A stretch of 63,401 bases of DNA, the filler included, from Octopus bimaculoides (lineage: Eukaryota), in the NCBI RefSeq assembly GCF_001194135.2. It is 4 parts of 4 records of this genome, joined end to end, with 100 filler letters (N's around TTAATTAATTAA, not from the genome) between each part and the next. Parts side by side here need not be neighbours in the genome. Positions count along the whole stretch, not along the records: positions 19,999 to 42,750 come from NC_068991.1; 3 more parts are not named here. One strand, given 5' to 3'. The notes beneath the pieces were generated by a model that was not told where the DNA came from, ran no database searches, and was given only the letters and a program-made list of their open reading frames with translations. This document shows, piece by piece, positions 26,954 to 37,319 of this stretch. The position numbers and the translations under genes were made by a program. Each line of letters begins with the position of its first letter. The first letter of the stretch is position 1.

Positions 26954-28471
26954 CAGTGCCCTGCAAAAGTTTACAACACACAATCAAAAATCCATGTTTA
27001 TTGAGTTTATAGGTTAATGAAATTTCCACCTTTTATGAAGTTTTATGTAATAAATTCAATGTAACAATCAGAATTACATAATAAGTAATAGAAAAATTTT
27101 ATATGGAAAAAAATTGAAATTGAAAACAAAAGTTCGCAACACATTTAACTCAATTGAATAATTTTCCAAATATTTTGAATAAAAATGATTTTTTTTACCC
27201 CAGAATATCTACAGTGTTGCAAAAGGTTCAGCCATTGCTTCAGTTCTGACAATATCACTGTAGAGTGGACATCATCATCATAGGTAAAAAATAAACAAAT
27301 TAGTCAAGACCACCATGAGCGTATTGTTGATCTTCATAAGAGAGGTAATGGGTACAGAAAGGTCTCTGCACAGCTTAATGTAACCTTGAGTTCAGTTGGT
27401 ACAATAATACGCAACTAGAAATCTTGCAATTCCCTCTAGTCTGCTCCAGTTGCCCATGTAAGTTAGCAGAGCATACAGCAAGAACAGCCAGCTAATAATA
27501 GACTATAAACTACACTAAAAGAGCTGCAGGAAGCCCTGGAAGCATGTGAAGTACATATGAGCAAGGATACAATTAGTAGATCACTTCGTCATCATGATCT
27601 CTTTTGTTATTCTCCTAGAAAGATCTCATTGCTTAAGAAACGTCATATAAAAGCACATTTGGCCTTTGAAAAAATGAACCGACAATATATTGGGAAAACG
27701 TAGTATGGTTTGAGCTTTTTGGTAAAAATTTGATTAGCAAGGTTTGGAGAAAGAATGACACAGAATATGCCCAAAGAATACTATCCCTACAGTCAAATTT
27801 GGAGGTGGATCAATAATGGTATGGGCTTGTTTTTGCTCGTCATGTGTTGGAAGAATGGAAATAATCGAAGGAACAATGGATGGCAAAAAATATAGGGGGA
27901 TTTTGGAGAGATGTTTAATACCTAGCCCTTGCTTCCAAAACTTGAAACAAGGATAGGCCTTTCCACAGGATAATGATTCAAAGCACACAACAAAGCTGAC
28001 CAAGAATTGGATGAAAACAAATGGGATTAATGTTCTGGAATGGCTAAGTCAATCTCCAGACTTTAATCCAATCAAAAATTTGTGGAAAGAATTGAAACTC
28101 AGAGTTCAAAAAAGAAACCTGTGTAACTTGCAAGAATTGAAACGAACTTGTATAAAAGAATGGGAGGAAATAAGCCTCACCACATGTAAAAAATATTTAG
28201 GAGACTATTCAAAATGCCTGCAAGCTCTCCTCATCAACAAGGATTATACAACTAAAAATTGATTTGATTGTATAAATATGTTGTAAACTTTTGCATTTTC
28301 AATTTCAACTTTTTTCCACATAAAACTTTTTCCATTCATTATTTTGATTGTTGCATTGAATTTATTACAAAAAACTTCATAAATGGTGGAATTTTCACTA
28401 ACCTGTGTCAACTCAATATATGTAAACTTGGATTTTTGACTGTGTTGTAAACTTTTGCAGGCAGGTCACTG
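26954..28471 (+). mobile_element. Tc1-like transposon with ~200-bp IR-DR terminal repeats, decayed
   Basis: CAGTGCCCTGCAAAAGTTTACAACAC.. and its inverted copy ..GTGTTGTAAACTTTTGCAGGCAGGTCACTG; left TA TSD; inversion extends ~200 bp; inner repeat AAAAGTTCGCAACAC near 27130. Confidence 0.92.
27300..28262 (+). pseudogene. Tc1 DD34E transposase pseudogene
   Basis: RIVDLHKRGNGYRKVS, TVKFGGGSIMVWACF, QDNDSKH-(34)-SQSPDFNPIKNLW with catalytic E mutated to K; stops and frameshifts. Confidence 0.9.
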
Positions 28472-28482
28472 CATATGTATGT

Positions 28483-28537
<55 letters not shown>

Positions 28538-28558
28538 AAATGGGGAAGGCTGGTTTAT

Positions 28559-28619
28559 GGGATTACCTTAGGTTTCCCGTCCATAAAGGGTTTAGCTTTA
28601 TGGTGTATCATTAGATCCC
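28559..28619 (-). ncRNA. Minimal type-I hammerhead ribozyme in the 3' pLTR (core G5>A)
   Basis: GGGAT-CTAATGA-taca-CCATAAA/9-nt loop/TTTATGG-acgg-GAAA-CC taa GG-TA-ATCCC: stems I, II and III all pair. Confidence 0.7.
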
Positions 28620-28711
28620 AAAACTTGTTGGCCGAAAACTTAAAAATATAGAGGAGGAAAAGCATCACTCCTCAAAGATAACAATTGTGGATTATCTTCC
28701 TTTGCTATTGG

Positions 28712-31286
28712 CTATCGACTTCCGGCTGTGTCACCATCTTGTGGGCTCCAAAAAGCTAGCAGGAACCTCCTGAAATGTAAACATGGTCCAAAAATCTCCA
28801 TTCTAGAGGTAAGGATGTTCCTTCGTTTCAGTGAATCCTTTCGGATTCTTGCCCGTTCAGCTATGCATAACTTGCAACGCTTCATCCTGTTGATGTAGGG
28901 ATCTGGGTTCTTGAGGATTTTCCATGATATTGAGTATGGAATTCCTTCATCTCTTAGTTGCCAGATGTGGCTGGCCAGTGATGTTACGTATCTCCCTTCT
29001 GGAACTCTGCTGGAGGACCTGTAGTTGGAGAGATGTTGTATGAAAAAGTTTCCAGCTCATCCAGTGTATCTCTGTGGGCATGTGTTGTTGGCGCTGTATC
29101 TGTATCTGCTGGTGTTGTTGTTGCTGCCACTGACATCATTGTTGTTGGAGCTGGGACTGCTGGTGTCAGTGTCACTGGAGATGGAGGTGGTGGCCACTGC
29201 TGGTTATCGCAAAGGTGTTGTTGTTGTTATTGTGGTCCTTATCATTGGTGGGAGAGTTGCCATTGCTGCTAGAGGTGTCATCAGTTGTGGTTCCGCTGGT
29301 GTTTCTGCTAGGGCCACTGTCGCTGCTGTTGCCATTGTTGCTATTATTGTTGTTATTGTTGGTAGTGGCACTGGACCTGTTGTTACGGCTATAAGGGTTG
29401 TCAGGTTTGTTACTGCAGACGTTAGGGAAGCTGTTGGTAATGCTGCTGCAGATGGTGATGTTGCTGTTGTTGCTGTAGATGCTGTCAGGGGAACTGCCAA
29501 TGCTGTCACTGGTGCTGTTATTGTTGCTAATGTTGTTAACTGTGGCGATGGTGGTGGCATTGTTAGTTTTGTTCTTGTATCTACGACTGATATTGCTTCT
29601 ACCAGTGGTATTGCCAGGGTTTGCTCGTACTTCGGCTTCATAGATAACCCCTTTGGTCTCGCAGTGGCCTCCCACTAGGCATCTATTGTGGTCCCTGCAT
29701 GAACATCCTGCCTCTTTGCCTCTTTCTGTGGCCTAGAGGCACTAACTAGGATGCTCTTAAGATTGGGGGCACAGCTAAACAAGACTCTAATGTTGTTCCT
29801 GTTGAAAATGGGCCCATACCTATGGGAGCTAGTGAAATGCTTATCTATTAATTTAGGGAATATTCTACCTATGGGCGTTTTTGTGTTAAGAGAGAAGAAA
29901 GGGGCAAACCAAATGGTATTTCTGTGGCACTTTCTTCTGTAGTTGTTGGGTTCCAGCATGTAGGAGATGTGGTCCCTAAATCCACTGGTAGCTAGAGCCT
30001 TATTATAATACGGGGCCACTGCATCAAAAATCTCTTGGTTGGAGAAAAGTTTTGTGATCTTCTTATTAACACCCTTTACCAGGTTTTTGAACATGATGGG
30101 TCAATGAAAGGAGGCTATGTTGCTGTATGTTAGCCTCTCCTTTGGTTTGTAGTAGGGCCTGTATGTACCAGAGCCCAAGTCAAGTGTGATGTTTAAGAAG
30201 TCTGTGGTTGTGAGGTTGGTCGCTATGGTGATTTTTAATTCCATGGAGACAAGCATACTGATTAGATCTATTCTAAGTCTGTCTAGTGTATGTCCATTTG
30301 CCCTCCTAGAGATGGCCAGAGTGTCATCTCTGTAAAGGCCAAAGAGGACAGAAGGGAACTTATTCCTAAGGGTATCAAGGTTATACAACCCAATGAGGTC
30401 ACATATGTCAGTGCTGTCAAAGGCCCCCGTCACTACATCAAAGGAGCCTCTGGGGTTGGATTGCTTGACCTATACCAAACCTTTGTTGAACAGCACTGCC
30501 TTTCTGGCATGCATAATGACTTCTATATCTCTGTTGCTAATGTCAGTGAATCTCCTTGCGAAAGAAAGTGCCTTGGCCAGTAGTCCTTTTGATATAGACG
30601 GGTAAAAGTTGACTACATCAAACTGGGTGAACCTTGCTCTGCCTCTTCCCTTGTTGGTGTTAAACCATGCAGTCACTTTGTTAGTGTTGCGCCACTATGT
30701 GCTTGCTCACCTGATCAAGATCAGATTTAGCTGGATTGATCAGACAGCATTTAGGGTTTGAGGCAAAGTTCAGTTTATGATATTTTATGGTTACGAAGGC
30801 ATTTCTTTTAGCTAGGATCTCTATCCTATCTACTATCTCTAGTTTGTTAGCTAATTTTTTGACTTCACTGTTGATGTCATTATATGTGTGTGGGGAAGCT
30901 CGCCTATAATTTTGTGTGATATTATTTTCTAGTAGTCTTTCGTAATTGAGGGTGTCTATCCTATATGTTTTCTGAGTTTTTTAACAATCTAATGTCAGCC
31001 TGGAGCTTGTGTTGGAAGGAGGAAGAGGACTTACGGAATTTCAGCTTGGGAATGATGCCCAGTAGGTTCACCTCAATGGGTTCAAGGTCCTTTATTTTGG
31101 GTGGGTATTTCCTCAATTCCATAGTTGTTGCCATCCAGAGATGGTGTGATTAGGTCATGGTAGAATGCTTTCCACTTCATATGCCTGATTATGTCCATTA
31201 TCTTTTCCAGCAGTATTTGGGTGTACAGCTCATTGGATGGCGTGGATATATATTTTAGTGGAGTAGCTGAGGTCAAATCATTCCAT
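28712..31286 (-). pseudogene. PLE RT + GIY-YIG endonuclease ORF, multiply frameshifted
   Basis: ME*FDLSYSTK, IRHMKWKAF, FDVVNFYPSIS, TGAFDSTDICDL, GLYRDD, DFLNITLDL, YRPYYKP, IWFAPFFS, CSCRDHNRC (CxCx5C), GVIYEAEV, RYTG, TSLASHIWQL..ISWKIL..CKLC..CLH. Confidence 0.92.
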
Positions 31287-31466
31287 ATTTATGAGAGTCC
31301 CATGATTTCTATAAATATGTACTAGCACAGCCTACTGGTCAGCTATTTAATATAAACCAGGTGGTCTCTGTAAAACACTCTGGCCAGGGAGTAAAAAACA
31401 TAAATCCAAAAGAAGCACACTCTAAGATGTAGAGCAGTATATTAAAAATGGGGAAGGCCGGTTTTT

Positions 31467-31527
31467 GGGATTACTTTAGGTTTACTGTCCATAAACGGTT
31501 TAGCTTTATGGCATATTGTCAGATCTC
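31467..31527 (-). ncRNA. Degenerate hammerhead ribozyme in the 5' pLTR
   Basis: GAGAT-CTGACAA-tatg-CCATAAA..TTTATGG-acag-TAAA-CCTAAAG-TA-ATCCC; same 61-nt frame as the 3' copy. Confidence 0.6.
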
Positions 31528-32239
31528 AAAACCTGTTGGCCCAAGCCTTACTACAATATATATGTAGTGAAACTACCTCCCGCCATTAGATACAAACTAC
31601 TATCGCCATTACATACAATCTTCTCATTTAAATATAAATAAATGCGAGCGTAGTAGAGAACCCATTCCTTGTCATCACGTGACTGATTATTATTCGAATC
31701 GGCAACCTCTTCGANNNNNNNNNNNNNNNNNNNNNNNNNNNNNNNNNNNNNNNNNNNNNNNNNNNNNNNNNNNNNNNNNNNNNNNNNNNNNNNNNNNNNN
31801 NNNNNNNNNNNNNNNNNNNNNNNNNNNNNNNNNNNNNNNNNNNNNNNNNNNNNNNNNNNNNNNNNNNNNNNNNNNNNNNNNNNNNNNNNNNNNNNNNNNN
31901 NNNNNNNNNNNNNNNNNNNNNNNNNNNNGGTCCAGTTTCTCTTTGAGAACTGTTCCGTGTACCACACGACAGCAGCAGCAGCCAGCGACCACTTCAGCAG
32001 CTTCGTCCAGCCACGATGACCTCCGCCGTCGCCACATCAGCAACAAGAGTCTACGACTACTATCCAGCATCATTGTCATGACCAACACGATTACTACCAA
32101 ACAGCCTCTACACCACCAGCGTCAACACGACTTACTATGTACACCAAACCAAACCTCCGCGGCACATCTCTCTCTTCGATTCTGTTAGGTGACTCAGCTT
32201 CACCACGGTAAATAAACAGACAAGAGTTCTTAAACAGAT

Positions 32240-32539
32240 GAAATCTAGGTTAGATGTGGTCAGTAGGGATAGCTAAAGAAAAACGCCTAGCTTAAGGGGG
32301 TATACATAGGATAAAACTACAATTAAATAGATAATGGATACAAATTAAAGAATTAAAATTTAAAAGGTAAATTAAAATTAAAATTGAATTTAAAAGTTAA
32401 ATCTTTGATTTTTAATTTAACTTTTCACTTTTAAATTTTAATTCTTTAATTTGTATCCTTTAGTTTTATCCTATATATACCCCATTAAGCTAGGCATCTA
32501 TTTTAGCTATCCCTACTGATCACACCTGACCTAGATTTC
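32240..32539. repeat. ~300-bp foldback inverted repeat
   Basis: GAAATCTAGGTTAGATGTGGTCAGTAGGGATAGCTAA.. is inverted as ..TTAGCTATCCCTACTGATCACACCTGACCTAGATTTC. Confidence 0.85.
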
Positions 32540-33264
32540 CTCCTCCACCAAAACCTTAATGCCTCACCTCTCACCCTGAATTAAAGAATAATACTAGCCT
32601 CTTATCTCTATCTTTATTCTTTTTATTTTTAATTTTGAATTTACTTTACTTTCGCTCTCATTCATCCCCCCCCCTCCCATTCCCGTCTTTTGTCTCTTTC
32701 TCCTTTCTCTTCTATCCACTCATTAACAACACACTTCTGTCTAACTTGATGTCTGTCTTTCTCGCTCTATATACCCACATGGACCATTTACATACGCATC
32801 ATTCAAAATACTACCTGGATTTACCTGGGATTATACCTAAGGGCCTATTTTTTCACGGAAGTATGGATCAACCTCCATACCCTCTGGAAAAAGACAAACT
32901 GTGAACTTTATTCTCCTGTCTGTATTCTTCTATCTACTTTTAATCTTTATTCTTCTATTTTATTCCTTATAATCTGTGAATTTCCATGTCTAGAACTTTC
33001 ATACATACTCACCTTGTCTGGAATACCCATACAAGTTAGTCAATCACTCGGGATATCCCGGAAACAGCTGTAAGACTTCAAATTCACCTTACCCTAATTA
33101 AATTATTATAAATGACTCGAGATACTTGTCCTACCTTGGTTTTTGTTGTCCTGTTCCTCTAATATGTACCTGCTAACACAGAAGCCTAATAAGGATCCTA
33201 AGCTCCAGCCTCAGCTGTATGAATTTGGAACCTAACAAGTGACCAATTATAGCACTTACTCAGT

Positions 33265-33317
33265 GTTTAGTTCACTGGTGATCTAAACAAATTGTTTAGA
33301 TCACCAGTGAACTAAAC
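33265..33317. repeat. Perfect 53-bp palindrome (26-bp arms, 1-nt centre)
   Basis: GTTTAGTTCACTGGTGATCTAAACAA-A-TTGTTTAGATCACCAGTGAACTAAAC. Confidence 0.95.
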
Positions 33318-33361
33318 CTCTCATATTCTTTATAAATATATATATATATATATATACACAT

Positions 33362-33522
33362 ATATACGACGGGCTTCTTTCAGTTTCCGTCAACCAAATC
33401 CACTCACAAGGCTTTGGTCAGCCCGAGGCTATAGTAGAAGACACTTGCCCAAGGTGCCATGCAGTGGGACTGAACCCGGAACCATATGGTTGGTAAGGAA
33501 GCTACTTACCACACAGCCACTC
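33362..33522 (-). mobile_element. 5' half of SINE family C (tRNA head, CORE-like CCTTGGGCAAGTGTCTT)
   Basis: GTGGCTGTGTGGTAAG A-box-like and GGGTTCAGTCCC B-box-like on minus strand. Confidence 0.8.
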
Positions 33523-33532
33523 NNNNNNNNNN

Positions 33533-33584
<52 letters not shown>

Positions 33585-33902
33585 GAAACATATATATATA
33601 TATATATACATATATATGTAGAAACATACATACATGATGAGTTCAACTCGATTTTGAGCTATCCTAATTAATTGTTCTCTTAAACATGAGCAGCATGATG
33701 TTGCTTTTTAGTCCTACTAGAGACTTTCACTCTTTTGCACAGACATGGAAACAATGGTTGCCTCATGCAGCAGGGAGTTCAGGAAACTAATTGCCCACAC
33801 TGACACATACCTTCATTCCATCACAAAATTTTTCATTGAGTACTTTATCATGGCCGTGGCCAGCCATCGTATAAAGATATAAAAATCATTCAGAAGTCAT
33901 AG

Positions 33903-34101
33903 GTTCATAGGACCGGTTTCCCGGTTTCCATTCCCCACACTAGGCCATTGCCAGATTACTCATTTTTGTCAGATAAATGAACTGGAGCAATATGAAATGA
34001 AGTGTTTTATTCAAGAACATGTGTTGCCCTGTCCAGGAATCGAAACCACAATCTTATGATCATGAGTCCAACACCCTAACTATTAAGCCATGCGCCTCCA
34101 C
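33903..34101 (-). mobile_element. tRNA-derived SINE (family D head GTGGAGGCGCATGGC)
   Basis: GGCTTAATAGTTAG A-box-like, GGTTTCGATTCC B box; head shared with 56759. Confidence 0.65.
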
Positions 34102-34912
34102 CCAGCCATTGTTTGCAACATGTAATAGGGATGTTAATAGACATACATACAAGTATAGTTTAAAATGTTGTGAACATTGCCCTTCCTCTCCTCATCAAGC
34201 CATAAGAAAATAAAAATAAACTACAACTTAGTGATTATGATATTAATCAGCATGCCTTCTTGCACAGGACTCAGTTAACTGCTTTTCTATGCAATAAAAT
34301 ATTATTACTGCTTCTTGTGAACAACTTAACTAGAAGTCAGCACCTCTCATGTACAATGTCTTCTTCCATTATGGTATAAAGGAATCAAATACTCTTTGAT
34401 TGTTTCTATGTCTAGCTACAGTTACATGAACACTTGGAGAAAATTAACAATTAGTTTTTATTCTCTCAGGAAATAAATTGGTATTGTCAGGCAAGCATCA
34501 GCCAGGAAACTTGGAGTATCTGTTCCAGTTTTCTGTGTTCAGCTCGAGTCCACTCTAATACTTTTATTCCTTTCAGGATTAATAAATAAACTACTTGCCA
34601 AGCACTAGGATGGATTTCTTCTCTTAGGATCAGCTACATGAAAGTTCTAAGAAAGGAATGTAGACATTGTAACTCTATTGACCCTTTCACCAAGGGCCAA
34701 GAAAGGAGTGTACACATTTACCCATTTTACTAGGGGTCACAAAAGAAGTACATACATCATGGTCCCAGTTAGCTCTTTCACTGCTTACTGCTTTGTAGGC
34801 ACAACAAAAAAGAAAATAGATATATATTTTCAAACTTATTTTTATGCTTTCATCATAGGAAAAAGGGTAGATGTTATGACCATCTCCCAGGGTCACAGAG
34901 ACTGGTGGGCGG

Positions 34913-35062
34913 CAGGGCTGGCCCTAGGGTTGCTGGTGCTCTGGGTATGCTGAACTTCAGCATGTACAAACCGACGGTCATGGAAATATCCTTGTCTTTG
35001 TCACCCCCTCCCTGGTGCCCCGGGCGACTGCCCGAGTTGCCAGTACCTTGAGCTGGCCCTGG
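34913..35062. mobile_element. hAT-type MITE
   Basis: CAGGGCTGGCCCTAGG / CCTTGAGCTGGCCCTG ends; 8-bp TSD GTGGGCGG / GTGGGAAG (6/8). Confidence 0.6.
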
Positions 35063-36059
35063 TGGGAAGGAGAGGAAGTTATATTTAGGACAAAGATCTA
35101 CACATTTAGAACAGAGTGTATTCTATTAAAGGTGCTCAAGAACAAAGTAATGATGTTAAATTAGGGTGTCAACATAAGTGAACTCTGCTAAAAGTACCGA
35201 AAGATAAGGGGATGGTGTTAAACTGGGTGACAACAGAGTAGACTCTGCAAAAATATCCAAGGACAAGGGGTGGAGTGTTAGACTTTGTGGTAGAAGTCTG
35301 TCACACAAATAGGAATGGTCCTTTTGATGGGTTTCCACACAATCTCTGCCTTCCAAATTTCCCTTAGAAGGGAAATAAGATTATGGTAGGGGACACTCAA
35401 AGTGCTTATACAGAGGGATAAAATCATAAAACATGGCTTAGCCACAGCCATGTCAAGAATGAAATTAACAATGAATTAAAAGGGTGACTTTATTAATTTG
35501 TTGAAAGAACCACATCCTAATGTAGTACAATAAGTTATTGTAGAGTCTTTAAAGAGCTTAATTATCCCTGATCAGTCCTGATCAACAGCACAAGAGCTTA
35601 ATTAGCTGTTGTTTTACCCCAAGTCAGCCTTGGCCAATCTCTGAGCTTATTTAGTTGTTTCCACCCAAGGCTAGCTCAGGTCAACCAAACCTTACTTTTG
35701 ACATGAAGTGTATTGCTTCTACTTTTGGTTGCATGAGAGGAAATGTATATCAAAGAGAGAATAGATTTTTGAGTTTTGGTAGAGGAACAAAGTAGGTACG
35801 ACCAGAGTTCAGCTGATAGTGAGCTAGAGTTAGGGTATGAGGTACAGGAGATTTAAAAAAACAGCATTAGTCTTTATTTGCCTCTTGGAAAATAAATACA
35901 ATTTTGGGGATTAGAATTATATCAGTTGAATAAAGAAGTATAAGAAGGCTAAATAAAAAGTTCAGCTGAAAAAAATAAAGAAAAGAACAAATTAACATAA
36001 CCATTCTTCTTACAATTGTCTAAAGGTCTGTGTATGTGTGCATGAGAGACAGCGATTGT

Positions 36060-37000
36060 GTCAAGGACATGTGCTTGTTAATATGTATTTCATCCTTCAA
36101 ATGTGTCGACCTTAGCTGCACAAAACAAGGGAGACAACCGCTATGGCGCTGAGCTTCAATCGTTTCATAATTTGGTCAGAGGCGACAATCCGTCGTCATT
36201 CCATTTATTATCGAACAGCCACAAACTGGACATATCAACAGCTGCAGCTTTGCCCGGTTTCTGCTATATCGAGAACCAATCTAGCGACACCATTCAGGTT
36301 ATATTGCGACCATATAAATTGTTGTTCACGTCTAGACCTGCTTGCTGTGGCTGAACATAACACATCTCCCTGGGAAGCACCATTACCTCCCGACACTGAA
36401 ATATTATGTCATAAATTATTCAGTCATAGACAAACTGTGACGCTAAACCACAGACATTTATTGAAGTGGTTAACTTTCAGGTTTTACCGTTTTCTGTGTG
36501 TTTTACCATTAAAAGTCAGTGGTAATTGTGTAAAACGTAGAAACGAAGCCAACATGTCGGAAAGTTCATCGAAACCAACCAGTGCCGCTAATCCTTCAAC
36601 TCCGACTAAAGTTGCTGGTAACAACGATAAGGACATGGTCGATTCTTTAGGGGCAGTCGATGACAACCTTCATTCAGGTACCAATAACTCCTGCAAGAAG
36701 AAGAAAAGCACTGCCGGCGATAATGAACAACAGCAACATCTGATGAGCCGTGAAGATGCTGGTGCCAACCCTGGTTATGGCAACAACAACAACGACAAGC
36801 CGATGGCGGGAAACCCCTCCGACAAGACCAGTTAAGTGTTTTAAACCTATTTCTCGCTTCTATTAGCCTTTATGCTATTATTTCTTCCCCTACGACCAGA
36901 TGAAGTGCTACCGTATTATTTCTTTAGGAAATATTTGGGAAAAGAATTCATGCGGCTTCGTTACCGTCAGCGTTTATTGTTTTTACAAACAAATAATATA
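36060..37000. promoter_or_regulatory. CpG-rich island-like region (candidate promoter/first exon)
   Basis: Non-repeat sequence with many CpGs amid CpG-depleted flanks. Confidence 0.45.
36554..36830 (+). CDS. Candidate first coding exon of an unidentified host gene (low-complexity N-terminus)
   Basis: GCCAAC-ATG context; MSESSSKPTSAANPSTPTK...NPSDKT; coding-like GC content; weak donor A|GTTAAGT, otherwise stop at 36833-36835. Confidence 0.4.
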
Positions 37001-37319
37001 GGATTATACTTATCAGGGTTGTTTCTGGTTAACCTGTATTCCTGCAATGACTATCCCATTGCTTAGGTGTATCTAGAACTAATATTTAACGTATTCTTTT
37101 TTGAAGACGGCAGGGAGTGAATTGAAGATTTGGTTGCTATTTTTAGCAAGTCCAAAAGTCAGCCATGCTGAACCTTAGTCCCCCTGACGTTCATTAAATA
37201 CCTTGGTTTTTATTTTAGACATCCTAATACAACTTCACAATTTATATATAACCTCATCACGATTTAGATATAATCACACCACGATTTAGATATATCTTCA
37301 CCACTACTTACGTATACTG

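Larger units (their letters stand above)
28536..31555 (-). mobile_element. Penelope-like retroelement (C-terminal GIY-YIG, probably Hydra clade) with two direct pseudo-LTRs
   Basis: Direct repeats ~28538-28640 and ~31446-31550; RT followed by EN; flanked by (TA)n at 28487-28534 and TATATATGTA at ~31557. Confidence 0.9.

Noticed and set aside
29025-29678. 217-aa plus-strand Val/Ala-rich 'membrane protein' ORF
   Set aside because: Antisense shadow of the low-complexity insert in the PLE endonuclease.
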